A stretch of 32,000 nucleotides of DNA from Candidatus Saccharimonadota bacterium (GTDB taxonomy: Bacteria > Bacteroidota > Bacteroidia > Flavobacteriales > Blattabacteriaceae), in assembly GCF_014252315.1 (NCBI RefSeq), contig NZ_CP059216.1, forward strand, positions 150,001 through 182,000, in the 5' to 3' direction. The notes below the pieces were generated by a model, which was not told the origin of the DNA, searched no databases, and worked only from the letters and a program-made list of their open reading frames with translations. The position numbers and the translations under genes were made by a program. Shown one piece after another: positions 8,654 through 18,486 of the stretch (positions are counted from its first letter, which is position 1; each line of letters opens with the position of its first letter).

Positions 8654-11227
8654 ATGTTAAATATAGATTTAGGAATTTTAAAAATATATAATGCTTCTGC
8701 AGGATCAGGAAAAACTTTTTTTATAATTAAAAATTGTTTATTGATTTTATTATCTAGTGATAATCCTAAAGAATTTAAAAAATTTTTAATTTTAACTTTT
8801 ACAAGAAAATCATCTAATGATATAAAGAATCATATATTAGAATGTCTTAAAGATTTTTCTAATAATAGAATAAGAAGTAAATATAATTTTTTTTTTAATT
8901 ATATCATAAATTGTTCTTCTTTAACAAAAAAAGAATTATGTATACGTTCTAAAAAAATACTTTACGAAATTTATTGTGATTTTAAATTCTTTACTGAATG
9001 TATTAGCACTATTGATAAATTTACTTATAGAATTATAAGATCCTTTTATTCTGATTTTTCATTAGAAATGGATACAGATAAATTTTTAAAAAAAGTTACT
9101 GATAATCTTATTAAAAAACTAAAATATTCCGATAATTCATATAAAAATTTGATTCAATTTTCTATTAAAAAAATTAAAGAAGGAAAAAGTTGGGATATAA
9201 GTAAAGAAATTTATAGAATGGCTTTTATATTGATTAATGAAAATCATTTTTTTCATATAAAAAAAATAAAGAAAAATGCCATGAAATATTTTATAAAACT
9301 AAAATATTCATTGGAAAAAAGAGTAAATAAATTCGAAAAAACTTGTATAAATCAAGGAATAAAATTTATACAAATTATAAATAAAGAAAATACAAATAAA
9401 AATATAAATTTAGATATTATTAATTTATTCAAAAAATTTATTGAAAAAGATATTTTTATAAATCCATTTAAAAAAAAAATTGATAAAAATATTGATAATA
9501 ATATTGTTTTCAACAAACAACTTATAAATAATGAACTTAAAAAACAAATTATTAATTTATATAAAGAAACAAAATTATTATATAATAAAAATATTTCACA
9601 ATATATTTTAGATAAAGTATTTTTAAATGAAATAAATTTATTACCAATTATTTATGAAATAGAAAATGAATTTTCTTTAATAAAAAAAGAAAAAAAAATA
9701 TTATTAAATGAAGAACTAAATCAAATACTTTATGAAAAAATAAATTATTCATTACCTATAATTTATGAAAAAATTGGAAATCAGTATAAATATTATTTCA
9801 TAGATGAATTCCAGGATATATCTTTTATGCAATGGAAAAACATTGAATTTTTGATAGAAAATTCATTATCGGAAAATGGTATTGCTATTATAGTTGGAGA
9901 TCCTAAACAATCTATATATAGATGGAGAGGTGGAGATTCTAAACAATTTCTTAATTTAATATATGATTACAACCCTGTTTATAAAAAACAACTATATATT
10001 TTAAATACAAATTTTAGAAGTTGTAAAGAAATTGTAATATTTAATAATTTATTTTATTCATTTATTTCAAATATATTTTATAATTCTATTTATAGAGATA
10101 TATATAAAAATTCTAATCAAAAAATAAGTACAAATAATGAATATTCAGGATATGTTGAATTAAATTTTATTAATTCTGATATAAAAAAACAAAAATATTA
10201 TAAAGAATGTATATGTAATTATTTAATTAATACAATTAAAAAATGTTTAGAACAAAAATATTTTTTATCAGATATAGTTATATTAGTAAGAACAAACAAA
10301 GAAGGTTATTATATATCAGAAAATTTAATTAAAAAAGGTATAAATGTTAATACTTCTGTTTCTATGTTGATAAAAGATTATATTGAAATAAAAATTATTA
10401 TAAATTTTTTATATATATTAACATATACTGATTCATATGAAAAAAGAATTACATTAATTTCATTATTATTAAATAATAAAAATATAAAAATTAATGATGT
10501 TCACTATTTTATATCTAAAACTATTTTTTTACCATTAAATTTATTTATAAAAAAAATTTCTTCAAAAGAAAATTTATTTTTATTAAATAACTTATATAAT
10601 AAGTCTATATATTATATTATAAAACATATAATTGATTATTTTAATTTATTAAATAAAAACAATCAAGCATATATTTATTCATTTTTAGACTTCGTTTATA
10701 GATCAACAAATAAAATTGGTAATTCTATTATAGATTTTCTATATTTTTGGGAAAAAAATTCTGATGAAGAAAATATTATAGTTGATAATAATATTAAAAA
10801 ATCTGTTTATATTATGACAATACATAAATCTAAAGGATTACAATTTCCTGTAGTAATATTGCCATTTGTTGATTGGAATATTTATTCAAGTAACGAGAAA
10901 ATAAAATGGATAAATGTTGATCCAAATTTATATCAAGGATTAAACAATATATTTTTAACGATAAAATCATCATATAAAAATATAAATAATAATAAACTTT
11001 GTTCTATTTATAAAGAAATACTTTCAAACGCAATGTTTGATAATATCAATCTGTTATATGTAGCAACTACTCGTTCTATTCAACAACTTATTTTATTTTC
11101 TAAAATAAATAAAAAAAAATCTTACATATCATATTATATTAAAGATTTTTTATGTAATAAAAATATTTGGAATTATAATAATTTTGATAAACATATAACA
11201 TATTCATTTGGAAAAAGAAAATTGTAA
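8654..11227 (+). CDS. UvrD/AddA/RecB-family ATP-dependent DNA helicase, without a recognisable C-terminal nuclease domain
   Basis: SF1 helicase motifs occur in order: Walker A ASAGSGKT, motif II FIDEFQD, motif III VGDPKQSIYRWRGG, motif V MTIHKSKGLQFPVV, motif VI LLYVATTRS. The tracked ORF starts at TTG 8627. I prefer ATG 8654 (MLNIDLGILKIYNASAGSGKT) because family members have a short N-terminus before the P-loop. Confidence 0.75.
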   Translation: MLNIDLGILKIYNASAGSGKTFFIIKNCLLILLSSDNPKEFKKFLILTFTRKSSNDIKNHILECLKDFSNNRIRSKYNFFFNYIINCSSLTKKELCIRSKKILYEIYCDFKFFTECISTIDKFTYRIIRSFYSDFSLEMDTDKFLKKVTDNLIKKLKYSDNSYKNLIQFSIKKIKEGKSWDISKEIYRMAFILINENHFFHIKKIKKNAMKYFIKLKYSLEKRVNKFEKTCINQGIKFIQIINKENTNKNINLDIINLFKKFIEKDIFINPFKKKIDKNIDNNIVFNKQLINNELKKQIINLYKETKLLYNKNISQYILDKVFLNEINLLPIIYEIENEFSLIKKEKKILLNEELNQILYEKINYSLPIIYEKIGNQYKYYFIDEFQDISFMQWKNIEFLIENSLSENGIAIIVGDPKQSIYRWRGGDSKQFLNLIYDYNPVYKKQLYILNTNFRSCKEIVIFNNLFYSFISNIFYNSIYRDIYKNSNQKISTNNEYSGYVELNFINSDIKKQKYYKECICNYLINTIKKCLEQKYFLSDIVILVRTNKEGYYISENLIKKGINVNTSVSMLIKDYIEIKIIINFLYILTYTDSYEKRITLISLLLNNKNIKINDVHYFISKTIFLPLNLFIKKISSKENLFLLNNLYNKSIYYIIKHIIDYFNLLNKNNQAYIYSFLDFVYRSTNKIGNSIIDFLYFWEKNSDEENIIVDNNIKKSVYIMTIHKSKGLQFPVVILPFVDWNIYSSNEKIKWINVDPNLYQGLNNIFLTIKSSYKNINNNKLCSIYKEILSNAMFDNINLLYVATTRSIQQLILFSKINKKKSYISYYIKDFLCNKNIWNYNNFDKHITYSFGKRKL

Positions 11228-12091
11228 TTATTTAACATGCTTATCTGCATGATAAGAAGATCTAACTAACGGACCACTTTCTACATATAAAAACCCCATT
11301 TTTAATCCAATTTTTTTAAAAAATTCAAATTTTTTTGGATTAATATAAGAATAAACTGGATAATGTTTCATAGAAGGCTGTAAATATTGTCCAATTGTTA
11401 ATATATCAACTTTAGATTTTTTAATATCTATCATTGTTTCTATAACTTCTTCTTTTGTTTCACCTAATCCCAACATTATACCTGTTTTTGTACGAATTTT
11501 ATTATTTTCATTTTTTATATATTCTAACAAATTAAGACTTCTATTGTATTTAGCTTGTACTCGAACTATTTTAGTTAATCTGTAAACAGTTTCTATATTA
11601 TGAGATATTATTTCTGGTTTTATATCAACAATATTTTTTATTATTTTTTTATCCCCTTTAAAATCTGGAATTAAAGTTTCTATTGTTATATATTTATTTA
11701 TATTTCTTATTTTATGAATAGTTCTTATCCATATAGATACCCCCATATCTTTTAAATCATCTCTATTAACAGAAGTTAATACAATATGTTTTGATCCTAA
11801 AATTTTTATAGATTCTGCTACTTTTGTTGGTTCTTCATTATCTAATTTTTTAGGTCTTCCTTTTATTACTCCACAAAATTTACAAGATCTTGTACATATG
11901 TTTCCTAATATCATAAAAGTTGCAACTCCTTTTCCCCAACATTCTCCTATATTAGGACAACTTGCACTTTGACATACTGTATTTATTTTTTTAATTTTAA
12001 TTAAATTTTTAATTTTATTGTAATTTTTTCCTAATGGAATCTTTACTTTTAACCAATCTGGTTTTTTTTTTATCATATTAATTTTTTTCAT
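11228..12091 (-). CDS. lipA: lipoyl synthase
   Basis: 287 aa ORF with CPNIGECW and the radical-SAM CTRSCKFC cluster motif. Confidence 0.95.
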   Translation of the reverse strand: MKKINMIKKKPDWLKVKIPLGKNYNKIKNLIKIKKINTVCQSASCPNIGECWGKGVATFMILGNICTRSCKFCGVIKGRPKKLDNEEPTKVAESIKILGSKHIVLTSVNRDDLKDMGVSIWIRTIHKIRNINKYITIETLIPDFKGDKKIIKNIVDIKPEIISHNIETVYRLTKIVRVQAKYNRSLNLLEYIKNENNKIRTKTGIMLGLGETKEEVIETMIDIKKSKVDILTIGQYLQPSMKHYPVYSYINPKKFEFFKKIGLKMGFLYVESGPLVRSSYHADKHVK

Positions 12092-12100
12092 AATATATTA

Positions 12101-12108
12101 TAAATTTG
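12101..12108 (+). promoter_or_regulatory. candidate -7 promoter box TAAATTTG (TAnnTTTG) for the Nif3-like gene
   Basis: This is an exact match to the Bacteroidetes -7 consensus, 17 nt upstream of ATG 12126. It lies inside the 34-bp divergent lipA/Nif3 spacer and is followed by (AT)5 at 12111-12120. No -33 TTG is seen. Confidence 0.3.
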
Positions 12109-12125
12109 CTATATATATATTAATA

Positions 12126-13229
12126 ATGAAATTTAAAATAAAAGATGTAATTTCCAAGTTAGAGAAATTAGCTCCTGTAGAATATGCTGAACATTATGAT
12201 AATGTTGGATTAATAACAGGATTCTATGATCAAGAAATAAAAAATATATTAGTTACTTTAGATTTAAATGAAGAGGTCATTATAGAATCTATACAAAAAA
12301 AATGTAATTTTATAATAACTTTTCATCCAATTATTTTTAACCCAATAAAAAATATTGTAGGAAATACTTACTTTAAAAAAGTATTAATTTGTGCATTAAA
12401 AAATGATATAGCAATTTATACTATTCATACTAATCTAGATTATATTTGTAATAATGTTTCTTCTTATGTAGCAAAAATATTAAAAATTAGTAAAAATAAA
12501 GTTCTTATTCCAAAAAAAGGAATAATGAAAAAATTATATGTTTATGTTCCAGTTAATTATGCAAAAAAAGTTAGAAATTCTTTATTTGAAGCAGGAGCTG
12601 GAAATATTTCTAATTACAGTCATTGTAGTTATAATTTTGATGGATTAGGAAGTTATATGGGAAATGAAAAAACTAATCCTTTTATTGGTAAAAAAAATAT
12701 TTTTCATATGGAAAAAGAAACATGTATTAGTGTTATATTTCCATCTTATAAATTAGAAGATATAAAAAAAGCTATTTTTAATAATCATCCATATGAAGAA
12801 ATTTCATACGAAATTCATAACATAGAAAACATTAATCCTAATATAGGTATTGGTATAGTAGGATTTCTTGAAAAAGAAATGAGTGAATATGATTTTCTAT
12901 ATTTTTTAAAAAAAAAAATGGATTTATTTTATATTAGACATTCAAAATTAAGAAAAAAATCTATTAGAAAAATATCAATAATAACTGGATCAGGTTCTTT
13001 TGGTATATATCCATCTATAATGGAAAAATCAGATGTTTTTATTTCATCTGATTTGAAGTATCATGATTTTTTTAAATCAAATGGGAATATTCTTATTATA
13101 GATATAGGTCATTATGAATCTGAAAAATTTGTAAAAAAAATATTGAAATCTTTTTTGGAAAAAAAATTTCATTCTATTTTTGTATATGAATCAAAAATTA
13201 ATACTAATCCAATAAAATATTTTTCATAA
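12126..13229 (+). CDS. Nif3-like dinuclear metal center protein (YbgI/GTP cyclohydrolase 1 type 2 homologue family)
   Basis: 367 aa ORF with NIF3 family blocks (TFHPIIF, IHTNLDY, C-terminal DIGHYESE) and the inserted PII-like middle domain typical of long NIF3 forms. Confidence 0.85.
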   Translation: MKFKIKDVISKLEKLAPVEYAEHYDNVGLITGFYDQEIKNILVTLDLNEEVIIESIQKKCNFIITFHPIIFNPIKNIVGNTYFKKVLICALKNDIAIYTIHTNLDYICNNVSSYVAKILKISKNKVLIPKKGIMKKLYVYVPVNYAKKVRNSLFEAGAGNISNYSHCSYNFDGLGSYMGNEKTNPFIGKKNIFHMEKETCISVIFPSYKLEDIKKAIFNNHPYEEISYEIHNIENINPNIGIGIVGFLEKEMSEYDFLYFLKKKMDLFYIRHSKLRKKSIRKISIITGSGSFGIYPSIMEKSDVFISSDLKYHDFFKSNGNILIIDIGHYESEKFVKKILKSFLEKKFHSIFVYESKINTNPIKYFS

Positions 13230-13237
13230 AGTAAAGT

Positions 13238-14032
13238 ATGATTTGTAAGATAAAAAAAAATAATTCTATAGAAGAAAAATTAAAAATTTTATACAATATT
13301 CAACTAATAGATTCTCGTATTGATGAAATAAAAAAATTTAAAGAAAATGTTCCTATGGAAATGAATATTATAAAAATAGAATTAGATAATATAAAAAACA
13401 ATCTAAATAATATTAATACAGATATTATTTATACAAAAAAACATATAGAAAAAAAGAACGAAAATATAAAAAAATCTGAAATTTTAATAAAAAAATATGA
13501 AAATAAAAAAAATAATATAAAAAATAACAAAGATTTGTATTCAATTGATAAGGAAATTGATTATCAAAAATTGGAAATTCAACTTTTTAGAAAAAAAATA
13601 AAGGAATTAAGTGTAAAAATACGTGAAAAAAAAAATATTTTAGATAAAATGGAATCTATGATGGAAGATAAAAAAAAACATATTTCTTATAAAAAAGAAG
13701 AATTAAATAACATTCTATACAAAAATAATAAAGAAGAAAAAATTTTATGTAAACATATTTCATTACTTCACAAAAAAATAGATGATAGACTATTGCAATC
13801 TTATAAAAAAATAAGAAATAGAATGAAAAATGGAATTGCTGTTTCTCCAGTTGAAAGAGGAGCTCCATTAGGTTCTTATTTATCAATAACTCCTCAAAAA
13901 TATTCTGAATTGATGCAAAGGAAAAAAATTTTAATAGATGAACATAGTGGAAGAATATTGATAGACTCAGAATTAGCTAAAGAAGAAAAAAAAAAATCTA
14001 TTGTTTTTAAATATAAAATAAAAAATAAATAA
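13238..14032 (+). CDS. coiled-coil protein of the DUF164 / C4-type zinc-ribbon (PF02591, HP0958-like) family, Cys-less variant
   Basis: 264 aa ORF with a long K/E/N-rich coiled coil, then a C-terminal block AVSPVERGAPLGSYLSITPQ...ILIDEHSGRILID. That block aligns to the family's ribbon region. The gene has the conserved position directly downstream of Nif3. Confidence 0.6.
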   Translation: MICKIKKNNSIEEKLKILYNIQLIDSRIDEIKKFKENVPMEMNIIKIELDNIKNNLNNINTDIIYTKKHIEKKNENIKKSEILIKKYENKKNNIKNNKDLYSIDKEIDYQKLEIQLFRKKIKELSVKIREKKNILDKMESMMEDKKKHISYKKEELNNILYKNNKEEKILCKHISLLHKKIDDRLLQSYKKIRNRMKNGIAVSPVERGAPLGSYLSITPQKYSELMQRKKILIDEHSGRILIDSELAKEEKKKSIVFKYKIKNK

Positions 14033-14040
14033 TTTTTATT

Positions 14041-14604
14041 ATGGTTATTACTTATTCTTCAAATAAGAAAACAAAAACAACTATAAAAAATTTTCTATTA
14101 TTAGAAGTAAATACATGGAAAAAACAATATATTAATACATTCCTTTCTAATAAAGCAAATGTAATAATGTTTATATGCAATCATTGTCCTTATGTAAAAC
14201 ATATTAATATAGAATTAGTACGTTTATCAAATGAATTTATGAAAAAAGAAATATCTTTTATTGCTATTAATTCTAACAACTCAGAAAAATATCCAGAAGA
14301 TTCTCCAAAAAATATGAAAAAGATATCTATAAAATATAATTATCAATTTCCCTATTTTTTTGATGATAAACAAGAAGCAGCCAAATATTACGGAGCAAAA
14401 TGTACTCCTGAATTTTTTATATTTTTAAGAAAAGATAAATTATATTATCATGGACAATTTGATGATTCTAGACCAAGTAATAAAATACCAGTTACAGGAA
14501 TGAGTATAAGAAACGCATTACAAAATATAATTGATAATAATTTGATAAAAAATTATCCTATTGTAAATAGTAGCTGTGGATGTAATATTAAATGGAATTC
14601 TTAA
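14041..14604 (+). CDS. thioredoxin-fold thiol-disulfide oxidoreductase (AhpC/TSA-like 'thioredoxin family protein')
   Basis: 187 aa ORF with the FICNHCPYV redox motif, a CTPEFF block and a C-terminal SCGCNIKW. From memory, this arrangement is typical of this ~190 aa family. Confidence 0.7.
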   Translation: MVITYSSNKKTKTTIKNFLLLEVNTWKKQYINTFLSNKANVIMFICNHCPYVKHINIELVRLSNEFMKKEISFIAINSNNSEKYPEDSPKNMKKISIKYNYQFPYFFDDKQEAAKYYGAKCTPEFFIFLRKDKLYYHGQFDDSRPSNKIPVTGMSIRNALQNIIDNNLIKNYPIVNSSCGCNIKWNS

Positions 14605-15607
14605 AATTATTCTCATAATAATTTGGAATAATATCTAAAAAATAATTAACAGATTCATTTATATTTTTATTTAATAAAATACATCCTGATGCATTTTTAT
14701 GACCTCCACCTCCAAAATACTTTCTAGCAAGTATATTTACATCAAAATTTCCTTTTGATCTAAAAGAAATTTTCACTGGATATTTATTTTTTTCTTGAAA
14801 AAACAATACAGATAAAACAATATTTTTAATGTTTAACCCATAAGTAATAATACCGTCAGTATCTCCTTGTTTATATGGATCATAAGATATATCTTTTTCT
14901 TCTATACTTGTATAGACAGTATGATATTTTTTTATAATTTTTAAATTTTGTAATGCTTTAGATAATAATTTTAATCTATTTTCATTATAATTTTCATGCA
15001 AATTTTTATAAATATAATATACATCTACTTGTTTTTCTATTAACTTTCCTGCAATAAAATGGGTTTCTGAATTTACAGAAGAAAATCGAAAATAACCTGT
15101 ATCAGTCATTAATCCAACATATATACATGTTGCCATTTCTTTATCTATTTTATTAAAATCTCCCATACTAGATATAAATCTATATACAATAACACTTGTA
15201 GCAGATGCCTTTAAATCATGAAAAATAATGTCAAAAAAATGAATAGGATTAGGATGATGATCTAACAATATATTTTTTGAATTTGAACATAATAATAAAT
15301 ATTCTTTTAGTTCATCTCCTATTCTTGATAAATTATTAAAATCTATACAAAAAATATAATCAGATTCTATAATTTTTTTTCTAATTAAATTTCTAGTTTT
15401 TTCTGACAAAACTAAAATATTTTTAATGCCTGGTAGCCAGGAAAAAGATTTAGAATATTCTGTTGGTGATATTATATCTACAAAATGTTTATACTTTTTC
15501 AAGTATAACATAAGAGCCAAAGAAGACCCTAAAGCATCTCCATCGGGATTTTTATGAATTAAAAGTATTATTTTATTTTTTTTATTATGAAAGTCATGAT
15601 ATAACAT
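14588..15607 (-). CDS. nrnA: DHH-family phosphoesterase (NrnA-like oligoribonuclease / pAp phosphatase)
   Basis: 339 aa ORF with HKNPDGDALGS, LLDHHPN (DHH) and DHHA1 GGGHKNASG motifs. Its 3' end overlaps the convergent thioredoxin-like gene by 17 nt. Confidence 0.8.
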   Translation of the reverse strand: MLYHDFHNKKNKIILLIHKNPDGDALGSSLALMLYLKKYKHFVDIISPTEYSKSFSWLPGIKNILVLSEKTRNLIRKKIIESDYIFCIDFNNLSRIGDELKEYLLLCSNSKNILLDHHPNPIHFFDIIFHDLKASATSVIVYRFISSMGDFNKIDKEMATCIYVGLMTDTGYFRFSSVNSETHFIAGKLIEKQVDVYYIYKNLHENYNENRLKLLSKALQNLKIIKKYHTVYTSIEEKDISYDPYKQGDTDGIITYGLNIKNIVLSVLFFQEKNKYPVKISFRSKGNFDVNILARKYFGGGGHKNASGCILLNKNINESVNYFLDIIPNYYENNFKNSI

Positions 15608-15610
15608 ATA

Positions 15611-17041
15611 TTATTTTTTTTTTAATCCTAATTCTTTTCCTTTTTTCAACATTAAAGAATAAGCAGAAGAATATTGATTAGATATTTTTCCTTCTAGAAT
15701 AGAATTTTTAATATAATCTTTTATAATTCCTATTTTTTTACAAGGATATATATCAAATACATTCATAATATCATTCCCTGATATTGGATGTTTCCAATTC
15801 ATAATATGATCTTTTTTTTCTAAATTTTTTATTCTTTTTATAAGAAAAAAAATATTTTTTCTATAAATATTTTTTTTTTCTATATTATTTGTAGTAATAT
15901 CTGATAAACATAATTTAATTAAATCATTTAAATCATTTCCAACATCAAATAACATTCTACGTATAGCAGAATCACTAACTTCTGATCCTATCAAAGATAT
16001 AGGACGATTACTATATTTAATAATTTTTTCTACATAACGTATATTATTTTTAGGTAATTTTAAACGTTTAAATATATCATAAATCATTTTACTACCTACA
16101 TATTCGTGAGAATGAAAAGTCCATCCTATTTTTGGAATAAATTTTTTTGTATTAGTTTTTCCTATATCATGAAGTAATCCTGCCCATCTTAACCATAAAG
16201 AACTATTTTTATATCTACTCAAATTATCTATTACTTGCAAAGTATGATAGAAATTATCTTTATGCTTAGATCCATCTTTTTCTTCTACTATTCTTAATGA
16301 TGTTACTTCAGGTAAAATAATAGAAAATAATCCTGATTTGTACAATAATAATAAACCAATAGAAGGTTTTTTAACTAAAAGTATTTTATTAAATTCTTCA
16401 ATAATCCTTTCTTTAGAAACAATATAAATCCTATTTTTATTTTTTTTTATAGATTCAAATGATTTTTTTTCAATATTAAAATTAAGTTGAGAGGCAAATC
16501 GTATAGCACGCATCATTCTTAACGGATCATCTGAATAAGTATTATCAGCATTCATTGGCGTTTTTAACAATTTTTTTTTTAAATCTAATAATCCTTTAAA
16601 CGGATCTATTAATTTACCATAATTTTTACGATTTAAACTTATTGCTAAGGTATTTATAGTAAAATCTCTTCTATTTTGATCATCTTCTAAAGATCCAATA
16701 TCAATAATTGGATTTCTACTATTATAATTATAAGATTCTTTTCTAGATCCTACAAATTCTATTCTTTGATTATTATACTCTAACATTGCTGTTCCATAAC
16801 GTTTAAATATTTTAATTTTTGGATTATATTTAGTATAATTAAAAATTTCATATGCTACTTTTTTTGCTAAAATTATTCCTTTTCCTATGGTTAATATATC
16901 TAAATCTGCAAATTCTACATTATTTCCCAATAATAAATCACGGACATATCCTCCTATTACATAACTATCTTGTTTTATTCTAATAGAAGAAAAACTAATA
17001 ATTTGAAATATTTTTTTTTTAATAGCATATGATAAATTCAT
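15611..17041 (-). CDS. cca: tRNA nucleotidyltransferase (CCA-adding enzyme) with HD domain
   Basis: 476 aa ORF with the GGYVRDLLLG...DLDI polymerase-beta head, RDFTINTLA, and the HD-domain motif LLHDIGK. Confidence 0.8.
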   Translation of the reverse strand: MNLSYAIKKKIFQIISFSSIRIKQDSYVIGGYVRDLLLGNNVEFADLDILTIGKGIILAKKVAYEIFNYTKYNPKIKIFKRYGTAMLEYNNQRIEFVGSRKESYNYNSRNPIIDIGSLEDDQNRRDFTINTLAISLNRKNYGKLIDPFKGLLDLKKKLLKTPMNADNTYSDDPLRMMRAIRFASQLNFNIEKKSFESIKKNKNRIYIVSKERIIEEFNKILLVKKPSIGLLLLYKSGLFSIILPEVTSLRIVEEKDGSKHKDNFYHTLQVIDNLSRYKNSSLWLRWAGLLHDIGKTNTKKFIPKIGWTFHSHEYVGSKMIYDIFKRLKLPKNNIRYVEKIIKYSNRPISLIGSEVSDSAIRRMLFDVGNDLNDLIKLCLSDITTNNIEKKNIYRKNIFFLIKRIKNLEKKDHIMNWKHPISGNDIMNVFDIYPCKKIGIIKDYIKNSILEGKISNQYSSAYSLMLKKGKELGLKKK

Positions 17042-17637
17042 TATTTACGAATAACTTTTATTTTATTTGATACTATTTTTAGTATAGTAGATTCATAAAA
17101 AATAGATTTTTCATTTCTACGAAGATTAACAATATAATCTACTTTTTTTAAAATTCTTTTATTAATTTCTGAAAAAGATCTTGGAGTTACATATCCTGAT
17201 AAATTAGCAGAAGTAGAAATAATAGGTCTATTTAATTTTTTAATTAAATTTATACAAAACAAATCATAAGTTAAACGAACAGCTAATTCATTATTCCAAT
17301 TAACTCTAGAATATTTTGAGATAACATTAGACTTATAAATTTTATCATATATTACTGTAATAGGTTTTTTATTTTTTTTACAATCATATATTACAATTTT
17401 TTTAATAAAATCTGATATTGGTCCAACTATATTTTGTAATCTATTTATACTATCTACCAATAATATCATAGGTTTATATTTATCTCTTTTTTTTATTCTA
17501 TATATATTTTCTATAGAATTTAAATTAAAAGCATCACATCCTATTCCCCATACAGTATCTGTAGGATATAATATAATTTTTCCTTGCATTAAAACATCTA
17601 TACTATTATATAATTCATTTTTAAATTTAAAATACAT
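17041..17637 (-). CDS. tsaC: L-threonylcarbamoyladenylate synthase (YrdC/Sua5 family)
   Basis: 198 aa ORF with YPTDTVWGIGCDA, KKRDKYKPMILLV and STSANLSG motifs. Its stop overlaps the cca start by 1 nt (TAATG on the minus strand at 17043-17039). Confidence 0.8.
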   Translation of the reverse strand: MYFKFKNELYNSIDVLMQGKIILYPTDTVWGIGCDAFNLNSIENIYRIKKRDKYKPMILLVDSINRLQNIVGPISDFIKKIVIYDCKKNKKPITVIYDKIYKSNVISKYSRVNWNNELAVRLTYDLFCINLIKKLNRPIISTSANLSGYVTPRSFSEINKRILKKVDYIVNLRRNEKSIFYESTILKIVSNKIKVIRK

Positions 17638-17640
17638 TTT

Positions 17641-18459
17641 TTATACTGAAATATTATGCGTTCTTAATGCATCATTTAATGATGTTTTTTTATTTGTACT
17701 TTCTTTTCTCTTTCCTATAATTAAAGCACATGGAACATAATATATACCTGCAGGAAATTTTTTAGGATAAGAACCTGGTATAACTACAGAATACCTAGGG
17801 ACAAAGCCTTTTATTTCAATAGGACTATTATTTGTTATATCAAAAATCTTTGTGGTTGCTGTCAAAACAACATTAGATCCTAATACAGCTCCTTTCTTAA
17901 TAAGTACTCCTTCAACCAATATACATCTTGACCCCAAGAAAACATCATCTTCTACAATAACAGGATGTGCTTGTAAGGGTTCTAATACTCCTCCTATACC
18001 TACTCCTCCACTTACATGAACACGTTTTCCAATTTGAGCGCAACTACCAACTGTAGCCCATGTATCTATCATAGTTTCTTTTCCTATATATGCTCCTATA
18101 TTAACATAAGAAGGCATAAGTACAACTCCAGGAGATATATATGATCCGTATCTAGCAATAGCATGAGGAACTACACGTATACTTTTTTCTTGAAAATTAT
18201 TTTTCAATGGAATTTTATCATAAAATTCTAATGGACCTATTTTTATTTTATTCATTTTTTGAATTGAAAAATATATTATTATAGCTTTTTTTATCCATTG
18301 ATGAACTATCCATTTTTTATCTAAAAAATTACATACTCTTATTGATCCTTTTTCTATGTTTTCAATAACTTCTATAACTGATTTTTTTATATTTTTATCA
18401 ATTAACCATGCTTCTTTTTTTTTCCATGCATTTTCTATTTCTAATCTTAATCTATCCAC
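17641..18459 (-). CDS. dapD: 2,3,4,5-tetrahydropyridine-2,6-dicarboxylate N-succinyltransferase
   Basis: 272 aa ORF with the left-handed beta-helix hexapeptide region GAYIGKETMIDTWATVGSCAQIGKRVHVSGGVGIGGVLEP, typical of DapD. Confidence 0.88.
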   Translation of the reverse strand: MDRLRLEIENAWKKKEAWLIDKNIKKSVIEVIENIEKGSIRVCNFLDKKWIVHQWIKKAIIIYFSIQKMNKIKIGPLEFYDKIPLKNNFQEKSIRVVPHAIARYGSYISPGVVLMPSYVNIGAYIGKETMIDTWATVGSCAQIGKRVHVSGGVGIGGVLEPLQAHPVIVEDDVFLGSRCILVEGVLIKKGAVLGSNVVLTATTKIFDITNNSPIEIKGFVPRYSVVIPGSYPKKFPAGIYYVPCALIIGKRKESTNKKTSLNDALRTHNISV

Positions 18460-18486
18460 TTTATTTATCTAAGATTTTTTTGTTAA

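Noticed and set aside
13656-13886. 76-aa ORF antisense to the coiled-coil gene
   Set aside because: It is the mirror image of a Lys/Glu-rich (AAA/GAA) gene, which gives a Phe/Leu-rich antisense frame. There is no independent support.
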